Translations under genes and position numbers: made by a program
The notes under the pieces: generated by a model
The model's input: only the letters and a program-made list of their open reading frames with translations
What the model was told of the DNA's origin: nothing
The model's database searches: none
NCBI RefSeq assembly: GCF_018977255.1
Contig: NW_024704742.1
Coordinates: 101,248,001 to 101,312,000, forward strand
From: Callorhinchus milii
Taxonomy: Eukaryota
Direction of reading: 5' to 3'
Length of the DNA: 64,000 nucleotides
Shown here: in pieces, positions 26,733 through 38,399 of the stretch
How positions within the stretch are numbered: position 1 is the first letter of the stretch
Layout: the number at the start of each line of letters is the position of its first letter

Positions 26733-27447
26733 TTTATTACAAATCATTCAACTCTGGATCATTTAATCCGCTTCGACCTGTCATCTTTAAATTGCATATG
26801 AACTGTTTGTTTCAATCAATATGCTTCTGTAATGTTATTACTATTATATAAAAATATATGCTGTAAAAGGTGGCAGGATATAAGTCACATCTTCATGTTT
26901 GTTTTTATATCCTCCAAAGACACAGTTGTAAATATCGAAAATCCAGGCATAAAAATAAAGGAGTATTATGTACTTGCATTATTTTGTGTTTATTTTCTAT
27001 GTTTTGTAAACGGATAGCATTACATGTAAAATACTTAAATACAGAATTGTAGCAGACGAGTCACAATATTTAAAAATGGTGGGATGGGGGAGCAATGGTG
27101 AACTAAAATCCACAGTGAGTGCAGTTATCTTTAGAATGGATTTTGTCTTATGAACTTTAAATGTCTGTGAAAGCCGAAGGAAAGCTGCGCTGCAGCATTG
27201 ATACATTAATACGTACGGTTGTCACAGCACTAATACAATGTACGAGACAGAAACTGATGTGCGCAATTGCAACCCTGATAATGCAAAAAAATTGAAGAGT
27301 TCTAAGCAGTAACTAAAGGCACTTACCATGATTTGTTCTGTGTCACTTCACTGCAGAACACTGGGTATAATGTGTTTTGGCTCTTTATTGCTTGAGTAGA
27401 AAGTGCTCAATTCATTCGGATACAAAACAGTTTTCAAGATCTTAGCA
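26733..27447 (-). other. Probable PRR16 3' UTR with candidate AATAAA signals
   Basis: AT-rich, no recognisable repeats, directly after the stop. Minus-strand AATAAA (plus TTTATT) at 27384-27389, 26989-26994 and 26733-26738. The true 3' end is unknown. Confidence 0.5.
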
Positions 27448-28167
27448 TCAAACTGTTGTGGTGGTCGACTTCCTCAGAATAGTTTTTTGGGGTTTTGGAG
27501 CTGTTGGTGGAGGTGTGTTTGTGGCTTTTAATGTTGGAAAACTATTGGTAAAGTTACTCCCTGATCCTCCATTTTCGAGAGGAGGACACTGATGAGGTGG
27601 CTTTCGTTTTGTAAAGCTCACTTCCCCATGCAAATGCACGTCTCTGTTTCTCATATCATATTGAACATCACAGTCAGGGCAATAGCCATGATACTGAACC
27701 TCTTCATTGAATCGAACCCTTTCCCGCGTGACCTGGCCACATTTGTCTTTATCAACTCTCGACACCACTGGCTGCTTGGGCAATCTTTCTGGATTGCTAC
27801 CAGGGAGATTACACACATCTCCATTTGGCATTTTTTCTGTTTTACACAATAGTGCTCCATTGCGAAGCAAGGCCCCATTGGTCTTCATGGAGTTTACGCA
27901 GTAAGGGGGTCTCTTGGGCTCCTCACATCGAACAGGGGTCAGCCGTGGAGGGGGAGGTGGGGGGTTGGTCCTCTTTAGCACAGTAAGGATAGCCGAAGAA
28001 GTCAAAGTTGTCTTGGTAATACATCCATCTGAGGATACTTTGACCTTGTCCAGACTTGAGGCAGTTGTACTGCTGGAGGTGCTGTTTAAAGTGTCAGTCT
28101 TAGAACTGTCCGTCATTTCCTCCTCCAGCTGCAGGTCACAGGTCAGATTGTCTATTTGATCAACTAC
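27448..28167 (-). CDS. PRR16: PRR16 (proline-rich 16 / Largen), terminal coding exon, 239 aa + stop
   Basis: Translation VVDQIDNLTCDLQLEEEMTDSSKTDTLNS...SAILTVLKRTNPPPPPPRLTPVRCEEP...RERVRFNEEVQYHGYCPDCD...PPPTAPKPQKTILRKSTTTTV* matches the recalled vertebrate PRR16 C-terminal exon. Phase-0 acceptor tgcag|GTA at 28168/28167, TGA at 27450-27448, 720 nt. No upstream exon recognised in the window. Confidence 0.95.
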   Translation of the reverse strand, partial: VVDQIDNLTCDLQLEEEMTDSSKTDTLNSTSSSTTASSLDKVKVSSDGCITKTTLTSSAILTVLKRTNPPPPPPRLTPVRCEEPKRPPYCVNSMKTNGALLRNGALLCKTEKMPNGDVCNLPGSNPERLPKQPVVSRVDKDKCGQVTRERVRFNEEVQYHGYCPDCDVQYDMRNRDVHLHGEVSFTKRKPPHQCPPLENGGSGSNFTNSFPTLKATNTPPPTAPKPQKTILRKSTTTTV

Positions 28168-28196
28168 CTGCACGGAACAGGAAACAGCAGTGAGCA
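28168..28196 (-). promoter_or_regulatory. 3' splice acceptor of the PRR16 exon (branch point, pyrimidine tract, AG)
   Basis: Minus strand reads tgctcactgctgtttcctgttccgtgcag|GTAGTT, with a CTCAC branch-like motif about 24 nt upstream of the exon. Confidence 0.8.
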
Positions 28197-28263
28197 TCTT
28201 ATAAACAGGGCGGATTAGTAAGCATTGTAGCAAGGCAGCTGAGCCATCAATCAACAAGCGCAC

Positions 28264-28287
28264 CACACACACACACACACACACACT
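28264..28287. repeat. (CA)n microsatellite
   Basis: About 12 CA units. Confidence 0.9.
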
Positions 28288-29306
28288 CAGCAAGCAACAT
28301 ATATGTCTTGAGACAGCAACCCACTGTGCAAGTGTGGCCATTCAAAAATAAAACACTAAATGGAAATGACTCATTGATCTTTCAAAGTGTTTCAAAATGT
28401 TAACAGGCTCAACATTTAAACTTGTCTTTCATTCCGCTTCCAGTCCAGTCCTGCACTGCATCTTCCTGATAAAACACAATTCCTGCAGTAAAGAGCAGCA
28501 TTAAAATGAGCTTTATTCAGCAGGTTGTGCCAGGGAGTCGTGGCATCTCATTCAATGGATGGGCTTAACAGAAGCCACACACAAGACCTCAGTCTTTTAT
28601 CTCTACCTTATGTCTATATAATATATGTATCCAAGTGCCTCACCAGAAATCTCTCCCAATATTTTGCTCCAAAAAAATCCACATCAGAAAGAGCAAGGCC
28701 AAAATTGAAAATGTACCATTAAAACATTCTTTATGAGCGAAACATTCTTTATCAGCATCAGTGCTACTGTATTTCTTCGTAAATTCCTTTGCAAAGGATT
28801 GGATGTTGGGGAGGGAGGGAATGTAAAATTTGCCCCCATTGTCAGTCAGTTTTTAAAGATATGTAAATTAAGTGGTAGTTTGTGCAGAAGCACAGCTGTG
28901 CATTGATGGGAGGTTTTGGAATCCGACCTATGTGCCACTCTCCGTTGCTCATTTTAAAGTGGTATTTGTGGACTCCTGTATCACCTGGGATATGTTTGGG
29001 ATATCACTTTGCTAGGTTTTTGTTACCATTATGTTTCAGAAGCTCCAGCTCTCAGCTGCTCTTATCCAAATGCTGCAAACTAAGAGGTAAATCAACCCTA
29101 CAGTTTCTCAGTAAAGTGACTCGAAAAAGGCCCATCTGCCCCTATTAGAATATAAGACTTCTTCAAAGGCCCCAAGTCTCTTAGCTCAACTTCGAACTGC
29201 CAATGACATAAAATACATGAGCTCCTACTGAGCCAAATAGCCAGTTTGTACCAACAACAGGGCTTTGCTAAGTACAAGTTTTTAAAACAGCTTCTCTTTC
29301 TCCCTA

Positions 29307-29607
29307 TAATAATAATCCTTGCATTTGATATAGCGCTTTTCACGTCGGGAGGATGTCCCAAAGCGCTTCACAGAACACACTGTAAAGTAAATTGACTGTA
29401 CATTTATGGGCGAACGCGGCAGCCAATTGCGCACAGCAATGTCCCACAAGCGGTCATGGATTGAAAATGACCAATTTATTATTGTTTGGGGTTTTGGAGG
29501 GATTATTATTAGGCGTGTGGAGTAAGAAAAGGTTTCGCCCTGCCTGGAATTGAATTCAGGTCTCTCACTTGCAAAGTGAGTGCTCTAACCACTGAGCTAC
29601 AGGACTC
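29307..29607 (-). mobile_element. Young tRNA-Ala(TGC)-derived SINE, full length
   Basis: Head gagtcctgtagctcagtggttagagcactcactttgcaagtgagagacctgaattcaattccagg, family body, L2-type tail and (att)n. Confidence 0.92.
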
Positions 29608-29624
29608 TTGCAAGCACTATCTTA

Positions 29625-30030
29625 TGTGTCAGCTTGGCTTAGTGTTAACACTCTCATCTCTGAGTCAGAAGGCTCCATGTCAGGACTTTGAACTCACAAT
29701 CTAGGCTGACACTCTACTTCAGTGTGCTGTATTGTTGGAGGTGCCATCCTTCAGATGAGACATTAACCCGTGGCCCTGTCTGCATGTTCTTGGGGATGTT
29801 AATGATCCCATCAGCACTATTTGGAAAGAGAAGGGAGTTTCTCCTGCTGTCCTCCAGATAACATTAGTCATTCACTTCATGGCAATTTGTGGGATATTGC
29901 TGTAGGTAAATCAGTTACCATGTTCACCTACAAAATACGCAGTCCCTACACTTTACAATAAATCCTGTGAAGCACTTTGAAGCATCCTCCTGGTGTGAAA
30001 GGCATTATGTCAACGCAGGGAATAGTATTA
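29625..30030 (+). mobile_element. Full-length old Deu-domain SINE, head-to-head with the young SINE
   Basis: ctctgagtcagaagg head and ggaggtgccatccttcagatgagacattaa core. Confidence 0.8.
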
Positions 30031-32849
30031 ATACAACTGCCCAAATAATATCAACTAATTCAGAGTAGATCTGAGACTTAACCTGGTACTCACTAACTCT
30101 GTATGATTCCTTTTCAAACTAAGTAGTAATTTTACCAAACAGCTATATACAGAATTTACCCAATATTTCATGGAAAACAGAAGCATTAGAAGTCAACTGA
30201 ATAAAAGAGAACCTATTATTGTCATAATTAATTTTATATAAATCACATTCAGAAATGAACAGTCATGGCACATCATAATTAATGTGGTAATAGCCACCAG
30301 GAGTGCCTTCACAATACAATAATAATTACATGATAACGTTTACATCAGGAGAATATCTCAAAGCATTTCACAGTGCTGGATGGGCAGCCAAGCAGGGGAT
30401 TGGAACCAAGTGAAATAGTGAGGGGCAAGATAACCAAAAGCGCTATTCTTCCTTTATTGAAATCAAAAACTGATTATCCATTTTAGCCGATCATCCATGG
30501 ATTTAGCTGTTAGGTCCACTCATCTAATCAAGTCTAAATGAGTGGACCTAATAGTCCACTACTGCAAAATACCTATCCACATATCTTGAGTTGTTTCTTT
30601 GTGAACTGGTGCCTAGAGTAGTTGAAAGAACACCTAAGAAAATTCACTGCACGTGTGTGATTTCACAGGAGGCTCCTTGGATTTCTGAACACCTTGGACT
30701 TCAGCTTCGCAAACACTCTGCTAAGTACTTGTAACTACTTGCAAACCATTGTGTGAATAGAATTGTACACTGACTCATTTATCAAGGTGTGATTGCATAA
30801 TCGCTAACCAAAAACAATTCTCGATGTACTATTTCTAATGAAGATCATTATTAAAATTGGCAAGGGGGATGCTGTTAGCAAGAGCTTCCTGTTCACCACA
30901 TATAGCAGCACAGAGCTTCCTGTCACTATCAAACAATCACCTCTGAAAGCAAAACTATTCCCTTTGTGTTTCAGATTCTGGTACATTAAACTTTTCATTT
31001 GCTGAGTATTGCAATTATATTCAGGTGGCCTCATAAACTAACTGTAGAGGAAATTAGGATTTTTTAAACTTCATTCAAATGGTGTTGGTGCTGAGTGAAT
31101 TCATTATATCTGCAGTTTCTGCAAATTCAGCACCTTGACACAACAATAGGCACATTTATGACCCATGGGGGGGACTGCTGTTTGCTTCAATTTTCCAAAG
31201 CTCAGTGGAAAACAATTATACTCAGCAGTCTCCAACAATTTCTACTTGACTTAGGTTATACAAAAGCATTGAATTTGAAGTATATACATTGTTGACTTTT
31301 TCCACAGATGTGGCATACAAAACTGAGTCTACCCATTACCCTTGTTATAAGGGAACAGAAAATTGAACTTTGCAAAGAGCAAAGAGAAATAAAAGTGTGA
31401 TGTAGAGGAAGTGTGGAAGAAGTCTTTAAATATATCCCTCTACAGCGCTTAAACAGAAAATCCATCCCATCCCAACCTTACCTACCCTCCCTTTCAAAAT
31501 TCCCCTGAATCCCTTCTCTCCAAAACATAGAAATTCCATCTGGCATTAGACTTAAGAATTTTCTGCTTAAGATTTTAGCATGTATACATCCTGACATTTT
31601 TGAAATTCAGTCTTAAGTTTGAAATCAGTCTTCTGTAACTCTTAAAAGAACCACCGACTTCCTAAGTAGTCAAATTTAAGAATTTTCGACAATCTGCACA
31701 TTCTTAAAATGCTTTACAGCATATCCTGTGAAGTGCTTTGAAATGTCCAAAGTACTACATCAAAGCAAGGATTATTATTATAATTTCTGATTTTATCATT
31801 CTTTGTTCCCAAACTGATATATCAAGGGCCCATTATATCATGTCATCTCAGCTTGCCAAACCATTTTCTCCCAAAATTAAAGGTGGCACAGAATTGTGGA
31901 AAATTCTCAACAAGACTCAGCATCCAAAATGAAACTGAAATTAAGAATCCTCTACAATTTGATGGACCTTAAATTGTATGGCAAAATAGTCTGACAGGCT
32001 ATGACTGTATGGCTTCCTGCTTTAAAGTAATTTAAAGTAAAATTTGCAGGAGGACACAATCATTTACCGCATCCTTGGTATTGTACTTTTTCAACTAAAA
32101 ATATGGGAGACTGCTAGCAAATCTTCAATTGATGCCAGTTCAATAGAGCAGTGTTGGAAAATAGGGTTCAGAAAAATGAGATAGAAATAAAGTGTTTACT
32201 TCTCTTATCTCTTGTTAACAGTGTGCTCTTTACCATCACTAAATCCAGATTCCAACAATGCTGAATGCAGTTTCTCACGCTCAAATTCCTTTTTAATCCT
32301 AATACAACCCTGTAATAAAGTGTTCTTTACAAACACATCACACTGAATACCAGTTTCACACTCAGTGCTAAAGTATCAAACCTCTCTTCTCCTGACTAGT
32401 GAATCAATACTGTCAGCTATTAGATATAAAACTACAGTATGATGCTAATTATCTGAATGACTGAAATAATGGGTTGAGCTTTTCCTAAAACTAAGGTGCC
32501 GAGTGTAAAATATTTATTTTGGGATCTTTAGCAACTTGCCATCAACACTGGAAAACAAGGTCAATATATGTTAATGTGGGTATTAAGCTCTCGATTCTAA
32601 GAGTTTCACAAGAGAATATCCTTGATTTGAAGGTGATGAGACTGTCAGTTGACGTAGGTAAGACTTTAAAGATCCCTTCTTGGTAAATGTACTAGGATTA
32701 ACATGAGTCACAAAAGAGAGATAAGGATTTTCTTACTTCAGCCCTTTTGCCATTAGGAATTACTTTTTTTCTCTCTCCTTTTATGTTACTGTGACCAGGA
32801 TAAAAGGTTGAGAAGATTAGACCTTTCTTGTTAGAATCTGTATAGATAC

Positions 32850-32985
32850 CAATGCAGTGAGAAGACCCTAGCATTGCACTGGAGTGTCAGCCTCGACTAT
32901 GGGTTTGAAGTCCCCCAGTAGGGGTGGAACCCACAACCTTCTGACTCAGAGGCAAGAATGCTACCAACTAAGCCAGGTCAGACTT
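32850..32985 (-). mobile_element. Deu-domain SINE head
   Basis: gaacccacaaccttctgactcagaggcaagaatgctaccaactaagcc. Confidence 0.7.
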
Positions 32986-32992
32986 AATTGTG

Positions 32993-33096
32993 TAAAACAA
33001 AAACAGAAGTCACTGGGAACACTCAGCAGGTCAGGCAGCATCTATGGAGAAAGGAAAATGAGTCAACATTTCGGGTCCACGACCCTTCATTAGAAC
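32993..33096 (-). mobile_element. Penelope-like terminal fragment with a degenerate hammerhead motif
   Basis: actcagcaggtcaggcagcatctatggaga...catttcgggtccacgacccttcattagaac resembles a repeat I recall from shark genomes. The reverse strand reads CTAATGA-A-GGGTC gtg GACCC-GAAA. Confidence 0.55.
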
Positions 33097-33109
33097 ATTC
33101 TTGGATGAG

Positions 33110-34330
33110 TCCAGCATTCTGACCTCAGCTACCTTCCAGTATCCTGTTTCACTTGTTATTTACCCTTTGGGTAAACAAATACTTCTTAATGTCTGAAATT
33201 GAACCTGTGACCTCAGCTGCCTTGGCTTATCTGAAAATATTGTTCTGGATTATTTTCTTAATCCCATTTAGAATCGTATGTGACTCTCGGAGGTCTCCTC
33301 TGGCATGGCTTTTCAAAGCTGAAGAGCCCAATCTTATCTACTTGTTTCTCATAGCTCACCATCTAACACAAAGGATTATCCTTATTGTTATGATTATCCT
33401 GTGATCTAGGGCCTAGGCAGCTACCTTGTGTTGTAGCAAACTAACAAGACTGACGCCCGCACCCCTCCTGCCTGGCTCCCATCAACGCTTCCATACCTCG
33501 GGCCCTGACAACAACATCCTCCATGGATACACTCTACACCTCACAGAGCCAATACAAAACCTTGACATCCTGTTCGACCCTCAACTGTCCTTCATCCCCT
33601 ACATCCATGCCATGACCCGCTCTGTCTTTCCCCACCTCCACAGCATTGCCAGGCTCCACCATTGTCTTTCACCGCAGACCATCCTCATCAATGTATTCAT
33701 CATATCCAGGCTCAACTACTCAAACTCCCTGCTTGTCATCCTCCCGAACTCCTCCTTCCACGCTGCAGATCATCCAGAACTCTGCAGCCTGTGTCCTCTC
33801 CTGCACCAGGCTCTGCGACCCTATCACACCATCCACGCCTGGTTCCACTGGCTTTCCATCACTCAGAGGACCCAGATCAAGATTCTGTTCCTCACCTTCA
33901 AAGCCCTCCATGGCCTTGCTCCTCCCTATCTCTGTGATCTCTTAACCCCCTACCAACTTGTTCGCTTCCTTCGCTCAGTGGGCTCTGGCCTGCATCACGT
34001 CCCCGCCTTGCCGGTCCTATCATTGGTGGGCCGGCCTTCAGCCATTCTGCACAACCCTCTAGAATTGCATCCCACAGTGCCTCTGCCTCGCCCCCTCCCT
34101 TGCCTCCTTCAAAACTCGTTTCAAGACTCTCCTCTTCGACCATGCCTTCGGTCACCCTCCTACTCCTACCCTCCCTGCCTTCCACCCTTCCTGATCCCAA
34201 CCACCAGCTTGAGTGCGGATCCCTGACTGTCCAGGGCTTTGGGATGTTCACCTGACATGAAAGGCACTATACAAATATAATTTGTTGTTATTGTACACAG
34301 CATTCTAGGTGTGGCCTGACCAAACCATTG
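33110..34330 (-). mobile_element. Old CR1 fragment (33110-33400, resuming about 34293-34330) interrupted by an L2
   Basis: ggaggtctcctctggcatggcttttcaaagctgaagagccc and acacagcattctaggtgtggcctgacc are reverse-strand CR1 ORF2 phrases. Confidence 0.55.
33443..34292 (+). mobile_element. L2 3' fragment, 850 bp
   Basis: IQNLDILFDPQLSF...IISRLNYSNSLL...HGLAPPYLCDLL, then the tail. Confidence 0.92.
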
Positions 34331-34739
34331 AAGGGCTTCTGTGTATCTGAACAACAACAAATTTTATTTATATAGTGCCTTTCTCTTCAGGAGGACACTC
34401 AATTAAACTCAAATGATTTGGCAATTTAGCCCAATATTTTGCTTGCCTTGGTTATTGAGGTCTCACGCCATTTTAATATAGTAAGTGAGAGTCAACTCAT
34501 ATTCCTAAAATTCTTTAAGATTTCAACCTGGCAAGCTACACTTCATTCATAAAGTACATCTACCTCCTATTATATATCTTATATGCAATACCTTGCAATT
34601 ATCTGCATTGAATTTTAGTTAACTTTGTTACCCTCTCTTTCTAAGACCTTTGCTGCCTCTGCTGATTCCACATTCGCCCCCCACCCTCCACACACACACA
34701 CACACACACTTTGATTCGACACCTGAGAAGTATTATATT

Positions 34740-35450
34740 GCAACTACAACAAGGTTCATTTAAATAGTACCCTTCAAGCAGGGTAGTGTCTTGGAGCACC
34801 TAACAATGGCATAGTTTGACACTGAGCCACCGAGAGAGGAGAAATGACCCTGAAGCACAGTTGAAGAGGAAAGACTTCAGGTGTGGTCTGAAGACAAGCA
34901 CAGAGGGAACAAGGAAGGGAGTCTCAGAGAGTTGGAGTCCTGTAGCTCAGTGGTTAGAGCACTCGCTTTGCAAGCGAGAGACCTGAGTTCAATTCCAGGC
35001 AGGGCGAAACCTTGGGTAAGTTTCCTTACTCCACACGTCTAATAATAGTGCCTCCAAAAACAAAACAATAATAAATTGTTCATTTTCAATCTACGACTGT
35101 TTGTGGGAAACTACTGTGCGCAATTGGCTGCCGCATTCACCTTACAGTATATTCTGTGAAGCGCTTTGAGACATCTAGAAGACGTGAAAAGCACCATATC
35201 AAATGCAAGGATTATTATTATTATTATAATGGCTGAAAGCATGCCTGCCAATGATGGAATGATGGGGTGTGAGCAGGTCAAAGAGGTAGACAGGTGTCAG
35301 GGTATGAACTGAATTATAGGTGAATGTGAGGATCATTAAATCAATCTGTTCTGCGACAAGGAGCCAGTGGAGCCTGACAAGGACTGGTTGATGAGGGTCC
35401 AGAGTTTTGGTGCAGGTGAGGATACGGGCAGCAGAGTTTTGAATTATTTG
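34740..35450 (-). mobile_element. Degenerate L2 (second family) split by a young SINE
   Basis: Tail at 34740-34800. The right part encodes QIIQNSAARILT...RLHWLLVAEQIDLMIL. Confidence 0.75.
34934..35227 (+). mobile_element. Young tRNA-Ala SINE with a small internal deletion
   Basis: ggagtcctgtagctcagtggttagagcactcgctttgcaagcgagagacctgagttcaattccaggcagggcg, with intact A and B boxes and (att)n. Confidence 0.93.
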
Positions 35451-35574
35451 GACTGTACCAATGTAATTCAGTGTCTCCCCCCATCCCGCCCCCCACCCGA
35501 ACATCCACATCATCCAGGCAAGCCTGCACCAAACAAATGTGTTATTTCCAGTAGCTATGGAGCCATGATATCCA

Positions 35575-35760
35575 TGGCTAGAAAAAATCAACAAAGAAAT
35601 ATTTATTTTGTATATATATATTGTGCTAGAAGGGTTATTAAGGGTTATGTGGAAAAAATGGAAAGTGTGACTAAAACATATAAGACAACTCAATGAAACA
35701 AATACAAGTTGCAATGACATGATGGGTCAAATGGCTTCCTTCTGTGTTGGAAATTTCTAT
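35575..35760 (+). mobile_element. CR1 3' end
   Basis: aagggttatgtggaaaaa...gatgggtcaaatggcttccttctgtgttggaaatttctat. Confidence 0.6.
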
Positions 35761-36050
35761 TTGTTCCTCTGGGGGAATTGCTCCAAATTTACTTGAACTG
35801 TGTGGCAGTCATTATAATCTGACTCTTGTCAATTGTAATGGCAGGACAGGTAGTGTACAGAGGGAATGCAAATCAAGATGCTTCCATTCAGATGATGCCA
35901 GTTCCACATCATGAAATATACACATATCATGTATCAGTGACATAGCTAGCAATAGAAATTCAGGCGGGCTCCAATTTATGGTAGACAATAACCAAAGAGT
36001 GAATAGGTCTCATAGATCCCACAATTGATAGATTGTGTTTGGTCTGCAGA

Positions 36051-36378
36051 TAATAATATAATAATAATAATAATCCTTGCATTTGATATTGTGCTTTTCA
36101 CGTCGGGAGGATGTCCCAAAGCGCTTCACAGAACACACTGTAAAGTGAATTGACTGTATATTTGTGGGCGAACGCGGCAGCCAATTGCGCACAGCAATGT
36201 CCCACAAACAGTCGTAGATTGAAATGACCAATTTATTATTGGGTTTTTTTGCTTTTGGAGGGATTATTATTAGGCGTGTGGAGTAAGGAAACTTGCCCAA
36301 GGTTTCGCCCTGCCTGGAATTGAACTCAGGTCTCTTGCTTGCAAAGCGAGTGCTCTAACCACTGAGCTACAGGACTCC
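36051..36378 (-). mobile_element. Young tRNA-Ala SINE, full length
   Basis: Near-identical to the other young copies, CpGs largely retained. Confidence 0.93.
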
Positions 36379-38399
36379 ACGATGTGCACTCTTCCCATTG
36401 CACTCCGCTGTACCTCAGACCTCCTACTTCAGGCTCTCTTCCCATTGTTCAATGAAGCAGTATGGAGAGCGACAGGAAGAGAACCAGAACAGAGGTATGA
36501 GGCAGAAAAGAGGGCGACAGGTGAGCCTGGGTGCTAATTAGGTGGGCCATGGCCCACCCAGATCCTCAAATGTCAACACCCCTGCTACGTATTGCATTAA
36601 TATCAACATTAGTCTTAAATCCATCATCTTGAAAATTATGGCTGTGCAGAGTTTTGGAAAATTCTAAAATTCTGTCTCTATTTGGAAGCTGGTTTAAAGC
36701 CATTCTAAAAAGCAGAGGGTCAAGAATTTAGGTTTTATTGCTGTTCAGTTTGACATTCTGCCCACAGTCCATAGAGTTCAATGGGAGACTGTTCTTGCAT
36801 TAATATCAAAAGGACAATCTGAAAGAATCTTGAAGTATGAGCAGTCTTTTCTCTCCTTCGCTTGAGGGATGGCTCATCACTGTTACACTGCTGTTAGCAA
36901 ATAGAGAAGATCCAGCCCAATGTCTTGTGGAAAAGCCAAAATGGCTAAGTGAAAAGTTTTTATTTCCATTTATTTTAAATAATGGATTCCAGTCTACGGA
37001 AATTTCTAATATGATTTGTTTATTTAGTGAGTGAAGGCTCCTTCTGGTAACCAGAGATATACCATACACATCACACTGACCTTCCCAGTCCTTCAATAAA
37101 TAAGGAATCCCATTAGAAATTGCTATAAGATTCAATAAGCTAATTGTGCATTGTGAAACTAGGCAAATTGGTCTCACTACTGCAAAAATCCAGTTTCTCA
37201 AGTCATCTAACCTGTGTGAGGGTACAGCTGGCGCATTAGCTTTTATAGCCTTTATTTCATTGCACTGTTTATTATTGCTCTCGCAAGTATTGTTCAACTT
37301 GCAAAGCTTCAAAATCATAAGATTGTATGATTGTAAATAAATGAGTTCTCCTTGAATCAGAAAGAAAAACTCTCAGCAGTCAGAACCTTTTATCTCCCAG
37401 TGCTCTCAACTTCTGTTTTATTCAAGACTCGTTCACTGTCATGCATTCTTTGGGTGGCAGCCAGGCAGTATGTTATGGCAAAGTGTGCAAACCCCCTTAA
37501 GTTTGGTATTGTGTGCAGCTTCCGTTGTCTACCCGGCTTTGCAAATATTTGTAACAAGTCTGAAAGTACAGAGTATATTGATTGGATGTGGGGATGGTTA
37601 ATTCTAACTTGATTCTTTGGAATGAATGCATGATTGTGAGGTTTATTATGTACGTAAAGTAATATCTTCAACCAAGGACATTTGCTTTGAGCTTTCAATT
37701 TACCATCAAAATCTATGTGCAATTTTCATGCTGAAAGACTGTGCTTAAGTTTAAGCTTTTCTATCTTGTAAGATTTCCCCTTGAAATTTACAGTTAATGC
37801 CGTTCCATTTTGTTGATACTGTTTTTATCTTCAGCATCTTCTAGGTTCAGATTTAAGGGCATTAAAAATCCAATGAGAGACTTGAGGAAAGAAGATATAA
37901 AAGATTATGGGGAAGAGCAAGGAAATAAGATTAGTAAGCTCCAGTAAAATAGGATTAGTTCAGCATAAGTACAGTTCTGTACTGTCCCATCCACAACAAC
38001 AACTTGCATTTCTATAGCAGCCTTCACAGGGGGTAGTATCCCGCAGCACTTGATCCATGATTTATTTGAAGGAATACAATGCTCTTGCACATAAAATGAT
38101 TCTTTTGCACATATGTTCTCTTAATAAATGTTATTTCTTTAATTAATCTTGTTTCTTCCACATTGTCTGATATCTTTCTAGACCGCAAATGCAGAGAATG
38201 ACATCAAGCAGAGGAGGAGATTATAGCCCACTTGAGAAATTTCCAACATTTCAACAGACTTTGCCATTTTGGGATTCACGATTCTCCGTCTAGCAAATCT
38301 CACAATTCATGTTGCTCACCTGGAAGTCACAAATTTTGGTTTATGAATCAATTTTCAACCCAAGTTTAAAAGGATATGGGAAAAGAGCAGGAAATGAAA

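Noticed and set aside
28168..28341. N-terminal extension of the 297-aa ORF (MATLAQ...CVCVCV...)
   Set aside because: It runs through a CA microsatellite and the splice acceptor, and similarity to PRR16 starts only at VVDQID. It is intronic read-through.
28722..28756. 18-bp tandem duplication aaacattctttat(g/c)agc
   Set aside because: Only two units, consistent with ordinary slippage.
34936..35007. Functional tRNA-Ala gene
   Set aside because: The T arm and first acceptor pair are imperfect, and every copy continues into the same SINE body and tail, so it is a SINE head.
36806..37318. 170-aa ORF as a gene
   Set aside because: No recognisable domain or family, and the composition looks non-coding.
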